Positions 9,142 through 17,275 of a stretch of DNA of 32,000 nucleotides are shown here, piece by piece (the first letter of the stretch is position 1; the number at the start of each line of letters is the position of its first letter). A program made the translations under genes and the position numbers. Below the pieces are notes generated by a model. That model had not been told where the DNA came from. It saw only the letters and a list, made by a program, of their open reading frames with translations, and did not search any database. This DNA is from Pseudodesulfovibrio piezophilus C1TLV30 (lineage in GTDB: Bacteria; Desulfobacterota; Desulfovibrionia; Desulfovibrionales; Desulfovibrionaceae). Where the stretch lies: the NCBI RefSeq assembly GCF_000341895.1, contig NC_020409.1, positions 180,001 to 212,000 on the forward strand, given 5' to 3'.

Positions 9142-10482
9142 TTGAAGCGAATAACGTTTGTATTGACTTTAGTCGTTCTGGTCGTCTTTTCGGCCTCAGG
9201 CTATTGGTATACTACACTGCAAAAAGAGAATGTCGACCACACTCGGTGGTTGCCAAATTCTTTTGATGCGGTTCGCTCTATTCATTTTCAGCTGGCGGAT
9301 ACACCCCGTTTTACCCTCGCAGCTTCACAACAAAGTGAATGGGAGGTCCAGATTTCTGGGGATACATCGAGTATAAAAGCTCGTGCAGTCTCAGACAAAG
9401 TTGATGAATTCCTGCGTCGATTGGCCTCTGTGGAACCTCTTCGTTCTCTAGGGAGGTTTGATTCTGGCCGACAGAGACAATTCGGGATTGAAAAACCTGA
9501 TTTAAAGGTTATTATTAATTTTCGAAAATCCACGATAAAGCCTTTGACCATCAAACTGGCATCGGGTGATCATTCCGTTGTTTATGGGTGGAATTCTCGT
9601 AACCCGGAATTGGTTTACGAGTTCAATGAGAAAGTTCTGGGTAACCTTGCGCTGACTGCGGAAAGTTTTTTTGACAAACGAGTTCTTTTTTTTGATGAAA
9701 ATGCAATTTCAAAAGTGCAACTCGTGCAACCTTTCGGTTCAAGTTGGCTCGTTGAAAAGCATAAAGAAGGGTACTTTTTTTCTCTTCCCGGATACCTCAA
9801 AGGAAAACCTGCATCGGATTCAGCCCTTAAACTCTACATCCATTCTCTTGCCCTTCTCCAAGCCCGGCAGTTCGTTCTGGAATCGACTGATGTCGATAAA
9901 AGGATTCCTGCTTTGACTCTTCGGTTGTGGCGTGGAACGGATTCTGAACCTTCCACTGTTGCCTTTTATACCGTAAAAGAAAATCCTGGGCAGTATCTGG
10001 GGCAATCTTCATGGCTCACTGTTCCTTTTTTACTTGATGCGCAAAGTGTCGGGCAGCTGGTAAAAAGTGCGTTTGACGTGCAAGGGCGTTCTGTTATCAA
10101 ACTTGATCTGGGGACCGTTGCCAGACTCGTTGTCATACACGGTGAAAATAATTATGCCATTGAACGGAGCACGTCAGGGTGGCGGTTGTTGGATAGTAAA
10201 AAAGACCTTCAGGGCATTGACATGTTCCTGTGGCGATTTACAGAGTTACAGTTCGAGGCATTGCCGATTAACAATTTGCCAGATTCCGCCGTGAGGCTTA
10301 TGTACTGCAAATTGGCAGATAAAAATGGCGATACCTTGACCGAATTAACATTTTACGCCGATCCCAAACTGCCTCAGGGGCAATGTTGGATGAAGAATGG
10401 TGGCGGGATGTTCTATCCTGTTTCAAGCAGATTACTCAAAGACTTGCAGGGAATGTTCCCGTCCGGTTCCAGTGAGAACTGA
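9142..10482 (+). CDS. N-terminally anchored hypothetical protein, possibly DUF4340-like
   Basis: 446-aa ORF. TTG start with GGAGG about 9 nt upstream. Single N-terminal TM/signal anchor (ITFVLTLVVLVVFSASGYW), then a mostly beta-looking soluble region. The family assignment is from memory only and is weak. Confidence 0.6.
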   Translation: MKRITFVLTLVVLVVFSASGYWYTTLQKENVDHTRWLPNSFDAVRSIHFQLADTPRFTLAASQQSEWEVQISGDTSSIKARAVSDKVDEFLRRLASVEPLRSLGRFDSGRQRQFGIEKPDLKVIINFRKSTIKPLTIKLASGDHSVVYGWNSRNPELVYEFNEKVLGNLALTAESFFDKRVLFFDENAISKVQLVQPFGSSWLVEKHKEGYFFSLPGYLKGKPASDSALKLYIHSLALLQARQFVLESTDVDKRIPALTLRLWRGTDSEPSTVAFYTVKENPGQYLGQSSWLTVPFLLDAQSVGQLVKSAFDVQGRSVIKLDLGTVARLVVIHGENNYAIERSTSGWRLLDSKKDLQGIDMFLWRFTELQFEALPINNLPDSAVRLMYCKLADKNGDTLTELTFYADPKLPQGQCWMKNGGGMFYPVSSRLLKDLQGMFPSGSSEN

Positions 10483-10521
10483 GCCGGGAGCATGGTTGCA
10501 TACCATTTCAAGGAGAATAAA

Positions 10522-10749
10522 ATGGCTAGAATCACAGTAGAAGATTGTCTCGCAAAGGTTAGCAATCGTTTTCTCATTACCCAGATGGGTATCAAGCGTG
10601 TCAAACAGTACCGTGAAGGGTACGAACCTTTGGTTGAAAGCAAAAACAAGGAGATTGTCAGTTCCTTGCGTGAAATAGCTGCTGGCAAAATATTGCCGGA
10701 CCAACCGGCGAGTGAAGTTGAAGTTCAACCTGGAAAGAATGATAAGTAA
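10522..10749 (+). CDS. rpoZ: RNA polymerase omega subunit
   Basis: [29 protein letters not shown] matches the canonical RpoZ N-terminus (MARVTVQDAV..NRF). AAGGAG lies upstream of the ATG at 10522. The ORF-track start at 10492 is probably too long. Confidence 0.9.
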   Translation: MARITVEDCLAKVSNRFLITQMGIKRVKQYREGYEPLVESKNKEIVSSLREIAAGKILPDQPASEVEVQPGKNDK

Positions 10750-10751
10750 TC

Positions 10752-11870
10752 ATGGCCAAGCGTGATTATTACGAAATTCTAGAGGTTTCTGCGGAAGCAT
10801 CTCAGGATGAAATCAAATCAGCATATCGGAAGCTCGCTTTTAAGTTTCACCCTGACCGTAATCAGGATGACCCTGAAGCCGAGTCCAAGTTCAAGGAAGC
10901 TGCAGAGGCTTACGAGATTTTGGGAAATGCCGAAAAGCGTCAGAGTTACGATCGTTTTGGGCATGAGGGCGTTGGCGGTAACGGCTTTTCCGGGTTTTCA
11001 AGTAACGAGGATATCTTTGGATCATTCAGTGATATCTTCGGTGAAGTCTTTGGCTTTTCGTCCGGTGGCAGGGGCGGGGGAAATCGTCCTCGAGCTGGCT
11101 CTGATCTTCGGTATAATCTCGACATCAGCTTCAGAGAAGCAGCCAAAGGTGCTGAAGTCAGCATACAGATCCCTGTTGAACAGGAATGCTCGACATGCGC
11201 TGGTTCCGGTGCAGCACCGGGTACAGAGCCTGATGTTTGTGCCCATTGTGGTGGGTCTGGGACCATGCAGCAGTCACAGGGGTTTTTCCGAATTTCGGTT
11301 ACGTGCCCTCATTGCCGTGGAGCAGGACAGACTATCTCGACTCCTTGTGAAGAATGCATGGGACGTGGAAGTGTTATCACTGACAAGGATCTTAAAGTTC
11401 GTATTCCCGCCGGAGTGGATAATAATTCTCGGCTGCGTCTTCGTGGGGAAGGTGAAGGAGGTCTTTATGGTGGTCCTCCTGGAGATCTTTATGTGGTCAT
11501 TCGGGTTGAGCCAGACAAAGTCTTTGAGCGTCAGGCACAGAATCTTGTCATAAGTCGTGAGATATCCTTTGTGGAAGCGACATTGGGTCATCGGCTTGAA
11601 GTTCCAACGTTGGATGATCCTGTGAACCTTGATATTCCTAAAGGTGCACAGAGTGGAGAGATCTTCAGGCTTCGTGGACTTGGACTTCCGCATCTTGGGA
11701 GTGCTCACAAAGGCGATTTGCTGATTGAGATCAAGGTCAAAACTCCAACTAATCTGAATGCCCGGCAGGAAGAATTGTTGCGGGAATTTGCCGAGATTGA
11801 GTCTGGTAAGTTGTCCACTAAGGCCAAGGGCTTTTTCAAGAAAGCAAAAAGCAAGGTTATGGGAGAGTAG
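10752..11870 (+). CDS. dnaJ: Molecular chaperone DnaJ (type I Hsp40)
   Basis: J domain with HPD (KFHPDRN), a G/F-rich linker, and four CxxCxGxG zinc-finger repeats (CSTCAGSG, CAHCGGSG, CPHCRGAG, CEECMGRG). 372 aa. Confidence 0.95.
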   Translation: MAKRDYYEILEVSAEASQDEIKSAYRKLAFKFHPDRNQDDPEAESKFKEAAEAYEILGNAEKRQSYDRFGHEGVGGNGFSGFSSNEDIFGSFSDIFGEVFGFSSGGRGGGNRPRAGSDLRYNLDISFREAAKGAEVSIQIPVEQECSTCAGSGAAPGTEPDVCAHCGGSGTMQQSQGFFRISVTCPHCRGAGQTISTPCEECMGRGSVITDKDLKVRIPAGVDNNSRLRLRGEGEGGLYGGPPGDLYVVIRVEPDKVFERQAQNLVISREISFVEATLGHRLEVPTLDDPVNLDIPKGAQSGEIFRLRGLGLPHLGSAHKGDLLIEIKVKTPTNLNARQEELLREFAEIESGKLSTKAKGFFKKAKSKVMGE

Positions 11871-11871
11871 C

Positions 11872-12351
11872 GTGTCTGATCGCTTTTCACATATGGATGG
11901 AGATGGCAACGCTCGGATGGTCGATGTTTCGGCAAAGAAAGACAGCACTCGGACAGCGATTGTTCGTTGTCTTGTCAGACTTGCTCCTGAGACGTTGGAC
12001 TTGCTGAAAAAGGATGCACTTCCTAAAGGGGATGTGTTGACAACTGCAAAGATCGCCGGGATTCAGGCAGCCAAACGGGCTTCGGACCTGATTCCCATGT
12101 GCCATCCGCTGCCAATCAGTTATGTGGACATTCGTTTCACCGTTTTGGATGAAACATCCTGTATTGAGTTGGAAGGAGAAGTCCGTACAACTTACAAAAC
12201 CGGTGTTGAAATGGAAGCATTGGTGGCTACTCAAGTCGCAGCAGCAACCATTTATGATATGTGCAAGGCTGTTCAGAAGGATATCGTTATTGACCGTTGT
12301 CGACTTGTTTTCAAGAGTGGTGGCAAAAGTGGTACCTTTCAGGCTGAGTGA
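11872..12351 (+). CDS. moaC: Cyclic pyranopterin monophosphate synthase MoaC
   Basis: A GTG start 1 nt after the dnaJ stop gives (M)SDRFSHMDGDGNARMVDVSAK...MCHPLPI...EMEALVA, a typical MoaC of about 159 aa. The ORF-track start at 11758 overlaps dnaJ and is rejected. Confidence 0.9.
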   Translation: MSDRFSHMDGDGNARMVDVSAKKDSTRTAIVRCLVRLAPETLDLLKKDALPKGDVLTTAKIAGIQAAKRASDLIPMCHPLPISYVDIRFTVLDETSCIELEGEVRTTYKTGVEMEALVATQVAAATIYDMCKAVQKDIVIDRCRLVFKSGGKSGTFQAE

Positions 12352-12363
12352 AAAAATCAAATG

Positions 12364-12397
12364 AAAAGCCGCAGTCTTCACGACTGCGGCTTTTTTT
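12364..12397. terminator. Bidirectional rho-independent terminator between convergent moaC and the MBL/rhodanese gene
   Basis: AAAA-GCCGCAGTC-ttcac-GACTGCGGC-TTTTTTT. Perfect 9-bp GC-rich stem with an A-tract on one side and a T-tract on the other. Confidence 0.65.
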
Positions 12398-12507
12398 GTG
12401 GAATAAACCCACGCCAGAGAGCTTCAGACTCTATTCTCTGAGTTCCACACGACTTTTCACAGAAGTATTCTGAAAAAAACAAAATAGTTGGTGAAAATCC
12501 CCCTGAC

Positions 12508-13893
12508 CTACTGTTGGGAGGTAGGATATCCGGCTCTGGTCCATGCCAGAAATCCTCCAGCCATGGCTCGTACATCCCAATAGCCTTTTTGTTGAAGATA
12601 GGATGCTGCAATATTGGAGCGATAACCGGAAGCACAGTAGAGTATATGGTGACCGTCTTCAGAAAGGGAAAAATCCCCCGCAAGTATCTTGTCCAGCGGA
12701 ATGAGAGTCGCACCCGGCAGGATGCCGGATTCTGTCTCAACGGGGGTGCGGACATCAATCAAACTCAGAGTTTCTCCCTGCTCCATATTTGTTTGAATTT
12801 CCTGGGCAGAGTCAATAGAGAGCCTGTTGACTGGACGGCCACTATAGACCCAGGCTGAAATTCCGCCTTTTAGGTACCCCAAGATATTATCATATCCGAT
12901 ACGATGCAGCTCTGTGCGCATTCTGTCATAATCGGCCTGAGAGTCTATGACCAAGAGCAAATCTGCCTGTGGTTCCACAACCATACCTATCCAATTTGCC
13001 AGGGCATCGCTGAACCCTATATTGAGAGAGCCTGGGATATGATAGCCTCCGTATGATGCAGTATCTCTGACATCAAGGACGACTGCTCCGGCGAGCATCC
13101 TTTCCTCGAATTGTTCGGGGGCCATTGCCAGATCTACCGGGCATCTCTCCAATAAAGGAGCACCCGAGGCGTTTGTTGAAATGATATGGGTAAAGCTTTT
13201 GGGTCTTGCCGGAAATTCCTTGTTCATGGCGAAGTGAAACGATTCATATGAGTTGAAGCCGAGCATTTTGTTGTGTCTGCGTTCAAAACCAAGTGTCGAA
13301 CTGGGTTTTGAACTCATTCCGCGACCACAAAGAGAACCTGCCCCATGGGCTGGAAAGACTTCCAGATGATCAGGATATTGAGCCAGTTTGACATAAAGTG
13401 AATTGTAGAGATTGGCTATCTGCTCATCAAGTTTTGCATCGCCTACCAGGTCCGGCCGTCCGATGTCGCCAACAAAGAGCACATCACCTGTTAGAATGAT
13501 CCAAGGTTCATCGCCCCGGCTAAAATCCGTGACCAGAAGGGAGAGGGCATCTGGAGTATGCCCAGGGGTAGAGAGGACTTCCAAACCCGCATTGCCTATT
13601 TTGAAGGCATCCCCCTCTTTGAGTGGTGTGAATGGATAGTTCACCGGCGAACTCTCGTAGACCATGATATCGCAACCTGTTTGCGACTTCAGTTCATGAG
13701 TTCCGGAGATATGATCTGCGTGGACGTGCGTATCGATGGCATGAATAATCTTCATGCCTTCTTGCTGCGAGATATCCAGATAATCCTGAATATCCCGTTT
13801 CGGATCGATGACGACCATTTCTCGTGCGGCCGGACATCCGATAATATAGGAAAAACAACCGAGACCTGGAGTCGTTATTTGTTTGAAGTACAT
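12508..13893 (-). CDS. MBL-fold metallo-hydrolase fused to two rhodanese domains (persulfide-dioxygenase/sulfurtransferase-like architecture)
   Basis: 461 aa. N-terminal metallo-beta-lactamase fold with THVHADH. Two C-terminal rhodanese modules, the last carrying the active-site loop CASGYRS. AAGGAG lies 5 nt upstream of the ATG. Confidence 0.85.
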   Translation of the reverse strand: MYFKQITTPGLGCFSYIIGCPAAREMVVIDPKRDIQDYLDISQQEGMKIIHAIDTHVHADHISGTHELKSQTGCDIMVYESSPVNYPFTPLKEGDAFKIGNAGLEVLSTPGHTPDALSLLVTDFSRGDEPWIILTGDVLFVGDIGRPDLVGDAKLDEQIANLYNSLYVKLAQYPDHLEVFPAHGAGSLCGRGMSSKPSSTLGFERRHNKMLGFNSYESFHFAMNKEFPARPKSFTHIISTNASGAPLLERCPVDLAMAPEQFEERMLAGAVVLDVRDTASYGGYHIPGSLNIGFSDALANWIGMVVEPQADLLLVIDSQADYDRMRTELHRIGYDNILGYLKGGISAWVYSGRPVNRLSIDSAQEIQTNMEQGETLSLIDVRTPVETESGILPGATLIPLDKILAGDFSLSEDGHHILYCASGYRSNIAASYLQQKGYWDVRAMAGGFLAWTRAGYPTSQQ

Positions 13894-13905
13894 ATTTTCT
13901 CCTTA

Positions 13906-13939
13906 CCAAAGGGTTTATTGGGTATACTAAACCCTTTGG
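13906..13939 (-). promoter_or_regulatory. Perfect 12-bp inverted repeat (hairpin or operator) abutting the SD of the MBL/rhodanese gene
   Basis: CCAAAGGGTTTA-N10-TAAACCCTTTGG. On the minus-strand RNA the 3' arm ends 1 nt before AAGGAG. There is no U-tract after it. It lies 26 nt downstream of the upstream gene's stop. Confidence 0.4.
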
Positions 13940-13965
13940 GGACAGGAGGGCAATACTTCCTGGAA

Positions 13966-15000
13966 CTATTGCTTGAGGTTCTCTGCCTCATTTTTGAATT
14001 TATGCGCAAGATCTCCCAATATTTCGGAGGCTACGGCAAATGAAGGGAGTTTGTCTTGTGGTTCTCCCAGAACTCTTCGATAGCTCCATTGAGCGAGATA
14101 GAACAAATCAGCATCCTTTGATCCGGGTGAAACCTGTTTGAGTTTGAGTATGACAGACTTCTTATCCTGTTCTCGCTGCATGATCGCTTGTTTGAGACGA
14201 TTGCTTGCCAGAGTTGTATCCTGACCATCAGCAATCGTATTCTGCAATCGTTCATTCGCTCTTTTGACCGCTTTGGCTGCCTGAAGATATTTTCCCGTCA
14301 TATTTGTTATAGAGGGGTCTTGAGCAATTGCGAGGAAGACTCTCGCTATTCGTGAGAGTTCTTTTGCATTGAGTTCAAGCATTGCTCGGATTTCTTTGTT
14401 GCTCAAAGTCCGTTGTTCTTTCTTTCCGCTGACTCTGTAAGTCCTTTCATCACTCTTTGCTCTTTCAAGAAGTTGAGCCATCAGGACGGGGCGGTAGAGT
14501 TCATAGAGAGCTCTGATTTTTGTAGGTGTAAATACATAGTCAAGAACCGTTTTTCTTGCGAAACGGATATCATCGCTTCTTACAGAGAACCCTTTCATTT
14601 CCAAGCCATAATACATGTTCAGGGACTTGGCTGTTGCACGCGTTTCCGGCATGCCTTGTTTGTTTTGAGGGATAAAATTGTTGAGAAGGAAGTCTGTCAA
14701 TGATTGTACAAATGAGAAAGAAACGATGCCGTCTTCCTTGATTTCAATAACGGTCGCCTCTTCCTCCTCTGGAACAGGGGTTGCGTTGTGAGCTTCTGTT
14801 GTTGCCGGGCTGTAGTCCGGTTTGGATTCCTGCCCTTTATTGACCCAATCCGGCGCCTTGACCGTCTTTTCAGAAGGCGGGTTGACCGGTTGGTGGATTT
14901 CAGATGTTTCCGTGTCTGGAGCGAGTATAAGAAAGTATGCACCGGCGGCGAGGATGAGTGCGAGTGCGACAAGAATTACTGCTTTATAATGACGATTCAT
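13966..15000 (-). CDS. Hypothetical membrane-anchored protein (N-terminal TM, Pro/Glu-rich linker, helical C-terminal domain)
   Basis: 344-aa ORF. TM AVILVALALILAAGAYFLIL. Acidic, proline-rich spacer. Lys/Arg/Glu-rich helical remainder. I recognise no family motif. It starts 33 nt after the Na/Pi transporter stop. Confidence 0.7.
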   Translation of the reverse strand: MNRHYKAVILVALALILAAGAYFLILAPDTETSEIHQPVNPPSEKTVKAPDWVNKGQESKPDYSPATTEAHNATPVPEEEEATVIEIKEDGIVSFSFVQSLTDFLLNNFIPQNKQGMPETRATAKSLNMYYGLEMKGFSVRSDDIRFARKTVLDYVFTPTKIRALYELYRPVLMAQLLERAKSDERTYRVSGKKEQRTLSNKEIRAMLELNAKELSRIARVFLAIAQDPSITNMTGKYLQAAKAVKRANERLQNTIADGQDTTLASNRLKQAIMQREQDKKSVILKLKQVSPGSKDADLFYLAQWSYRRVLGEPQDKLPSFAVASEILGDLAHKFKNEAENLKQ

Positions 15001-15033
15001 AGAGAAGCCTCCATTTGCAAAAGGGATATCAGG

Positions 15034-16692
15034 TTATCCTGCGAGTTTCCAGGCGTAGTTATTTGCTTGGTCAGCATGGGCGCATGTTGTTTTCATATCA
15101 CGGAGAAGTGTCCAGTAAGTTGTCCCCTTGATAGCTTGTTCACACATCATACGCATGGACGAATAATAGTCGAGGAGAGAAACCATTCTATCGAGTTCAA
15201 GTCGTCCTTGTGCTCCAATACGTAAAAGTTCTTCCTTCAACTCATGATAATGACTATCCAAATTCTGCATCAAATGAGCGAGGTTTGCAAATTCCGGCGA
15301 ACAGGGAGTGTGCGCGACATTGAGAATCTCTCTAATCTCACGCCGGAAATTTCTGGCCGATTCGGATGCGATTCCGGGAAGTTGATGATTAAGCACTGCA
15401 TGCTCACTCGATGCTTCATCAATAATATTTAGTGATTTACGGTAGTACTGGATGACTCTGAGCGCGAGAGGAAGATTCTCTGCCACGGAGGCAGGAAGAT
15501 TATTTAGCTGCATTGTCGCGCAATATTTTCGGATGGCGACAATGAGGCTTTCTACAGCAGCTTTGTCTTTGATAAAATCCTTATGTCTGAACTTTGAAGT
15601 CAAAGCTTTTTGCCCTATGTGTCGGATTGTTTCCCCCAACCTTCCTAATTCCATAAATAATGCATCCATTGCCAGTGTGGGGGCTTTCAGAACATTCGAA
15701 TCAAGATACTTGGGCTTGCCATTATCGGCAGCCTCTTTTCCTATTCGTTCATTGAGAAAATGGACGAGTTGGTTGGTAAAAGGGAGAAAAAGGATAACAC
15801 CCAATAAGTTGAAAGTTGTATGAAAGATCGCCAAGCATGTCGCAGGGTTCGATATTTCTGCCAATGGTTGAAAATTGTGAACGATGTTCAGGAAAAGAGG
15901 GATCAGGAAGGTGGCAGCTATGCCAGTGCCCAAATTGAAAAGAATATGGGCACTGGCAACTTTTTTGGCATTGTCAGTGGCTCCAATAACAGACATGGCA
16001 GCGGTACTTGTTGTCCCTATATTGGTTCCGATGACAGCGGCTGCAGCACATTCAAGATTGACGACTCCAGACATCGTTGCTGTGAGAACAAGAGCCATGG
16101 CAGCGCTTGAACTTTGCATAACCAAGGTGAGCATGAATCCGACAAGGACAAATATGACAATGCCTTGAATTCCTGCAAAATTCAATATTGTCAGGTCGAT
16201 TATGGATTCTACATCATGAAAAGTGGATTGAAGTATCTCGATACCCAGAAAAAAAATGCCGAAGCCTGTCAATGCATCACCAAGGTGTTTTCGAGGAGAA
16301 TCCCCACCTGTCAGTCTCAGAATCGCCCCAATTCCGATAAGGGGCAACGCAAGAGCTTTGACTTTGACACTGACCCCTACAGCCGCAACGATCCAGCCGG
16401 TTGCTGTCGTGCCGATATTGCTTCCGAAGATCACTCCTACAGATTGCCCCATTGTCATGAGGCCTGCGTTGACAAATCCTATGACTGCAACAGTGATGGC
16501 GCTCGATGATTGAACGAGAGCAGTGATCATAAAACCGGAGAAGAGACCGCGAAGAGGGGTCTTGGTCCATTGACCAAGTATTTTCCTGAGCGATGGGCCA
16601 GCGGTGTTTCTCAAGCCTTGAGTCATGAGGCGCATTCCCAAAAGGAAAAGGCCGAGTCCTCCACACAGTCCGCCGAGGATGGAAAAGATCAT
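15034..16692 (-). CDS. Na/Pi cotransporter family protein with a PhoU-like C-terminal domain
   Basis: 552 aa. Duplicated Na/Pi-cotransporter repeats with QSSSA signatures (LVQSSSAITV, VMQSSSAAMA). Helical cytoplasmic C-terminus typical of NptA/YjbB-like proteins. Confidence 0.9.
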   Translation of the reverse strand: MIFSILGGLCGGLGLFLLGMRLMTQGLRNTAGPSLRKILGQWTKTPLRGLFSGFMITALVQSSSAITVAVIGFVNAGLMTMGQSVGVIFGSNIGTTATGWIVAAVGVSVKVKALALPLIGIGAILRLTGGDSPRKHLGDALTGFGIFFLGIEILQSTFHDVESIIDLTILNFAGIQGIVIFVLVGFMLTLVMQSSSAAMALVLTATMSGVVNLECAAAAVIGTNIGTTSTAAMSVIGATDNAKKVASAHILFNLGTGIAATFLIPLFLNIVHNFQPLAEISNPATCLAIFHTTFNLLGVILFLPFTNQLVHFLNERIGKEAADNGKPKYLDSNVLKAPTLAMDALFMELGRLGETIRHIGQKALTSKFRHKDFIKDKAAVESLIVAIRKYCATMQLNNLPASVAENLPLALRVIQYYRKSLNIIDEASSEHAVLNHQLPGIASESARNFRREIREILNVAHTPCSPEFANLAHLMQNLDSHYHELKEELLRIGAQGRLELDRMVSLLDYYSSMRMMCEQAIKGTTYWTLLRDMKTTCAHADQANNYAWKLAG

Positions 16693-16735
16693 TGAATTGG
16701 TTTGCTCCGTCTCTTAGTTCAGAATGTAATGACCT

Positions 16736-16764
16736 AGAATAACGAAGTAAACATGTTAAGGCAA
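16736..16764 (-). promoter_or_regulatory. Candidate sigma-70 promoter for the Na/Pi transporter operon
   Basis: Minus strand reads TTGCCT-N17-TATTCT, about 45 nt upstream of the ATG at 16692. Hexamer match only. Confidence 0.25.
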
Positions 16765-16835
16765 GAAAGGTCGGTAGCGAAGGAAAATGTTTGGGGGCAG
16801 AGAGTCTGACACCGGGGGAAGTGTTTCGCATGGGT

Positions 16836-16867
16836 GGAGAAAAGCCGGCATCTCACGGCTTTTCTCC
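16836..16867. terminator. Perfect 12-bp hairpin, possibly a terminator or insulator upstream of the Na/Pi operon
   Basis: GGAGAAAAGCCG-gcatctca-CGGCTTTTCTCC. The A and T runs are inside the stem, so it resembles a bidirectional terminator, but no long external U-tract follows. Confidence 0.35.
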
Positions 16868-16885
16868 ATCTCCTTGCGTCAAAGC

Positions 16886-17050
16886 TTAACTAAAATAGCG
16901 GTTCTTATCTTCTCTTTCTTTGGCGGTATCAAAATCAATATTAATGCTTGGCCGATCTGTGGTTCGAGTTTTAGGTGTTCTGCACAACAGCACAAAGGCC
17001 AGAACCGTTCCTGCGCCGACGATGATTGAAGCTATCAGTAATGTATCCAT
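16886..17050 (-). CDS. Possible 54-aa small membrane protein (below the ORF-track cutoff)
   Basis: Reads MDTLLIASIIVGAGTVLAFVLLCRTPKTRTTDRPSINIDFDTAKEREDKNRYFS: one clear TM helix plus a charged tail. The stop is 18 nt before the 16836-16867 hairpin. I found no convincing SD, so it may be spurious. Confidence 0.25.
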   Translation of the reverse strand: MDTLLIASIIVGAGTVLAFVLLCRTPKTRTTDRPSINIDFDTAKEREDKNRYFS

Positions 17051-17200
17051 AAGGGGCTGCTTTTAACCGAATCGTAACAGGCAGGCAAGATATTTCCTTT
17101 ACCTGTTAGTCTCGGTTTGGTTTGAATTTGTTTGCGGTCGTCTCAAGTTGTCCAATTGAATGTATGCTTGCTTTGCCAGATAAAAGCTCATGGTTTCGTA

Positions 17201-17275
17201 TAGGTTCACAATGGTCGATTCATGGCATAGTTCACATATATAGCTTGGAGCCATATTTTCAAGGAGTAGGTTCAC
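17201..17275. repeat. Three direct copies of TAG(G)TTCAC in non-coding DNA
   Basis: TAGGTTCAC at 17201-17209, TAGTTCAC at 17228-17235 and TAGGTTCAC at 17267-17275. The expected chance of such a recurrence in an AT-rich spacer is not negligible. Confidence 0.3.

Noticed and set aside
11758-11871. Long form of moaC overlapping the dnaJ 3' end by 113 nt
   Set aside because: The extension (MPGRKNCCGNLPRLSL...) is dnaJ read out of frame. The GTG at 11872 gives the normal MoaC length and N-terminus.
10807-11948. 248-aa alternate-frame (+) ORF and 224-aa antisense ORF inside dnaJ
   Set aside because: dnaJ is unambiguous in its own frame (HPD, four CxxCxGxG). The overlapping frames give Ser/Leu/Arg-rich nonsense with no motifs.
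16277-16831. 184-aa minus-strand ORF spanning the Na/Pi transporter start region
   Set aside because: It is an alternate frame of the transporter 5' end plus its upstream UTR. It is Arg/Ser/Cys/His-rich with no RBS.
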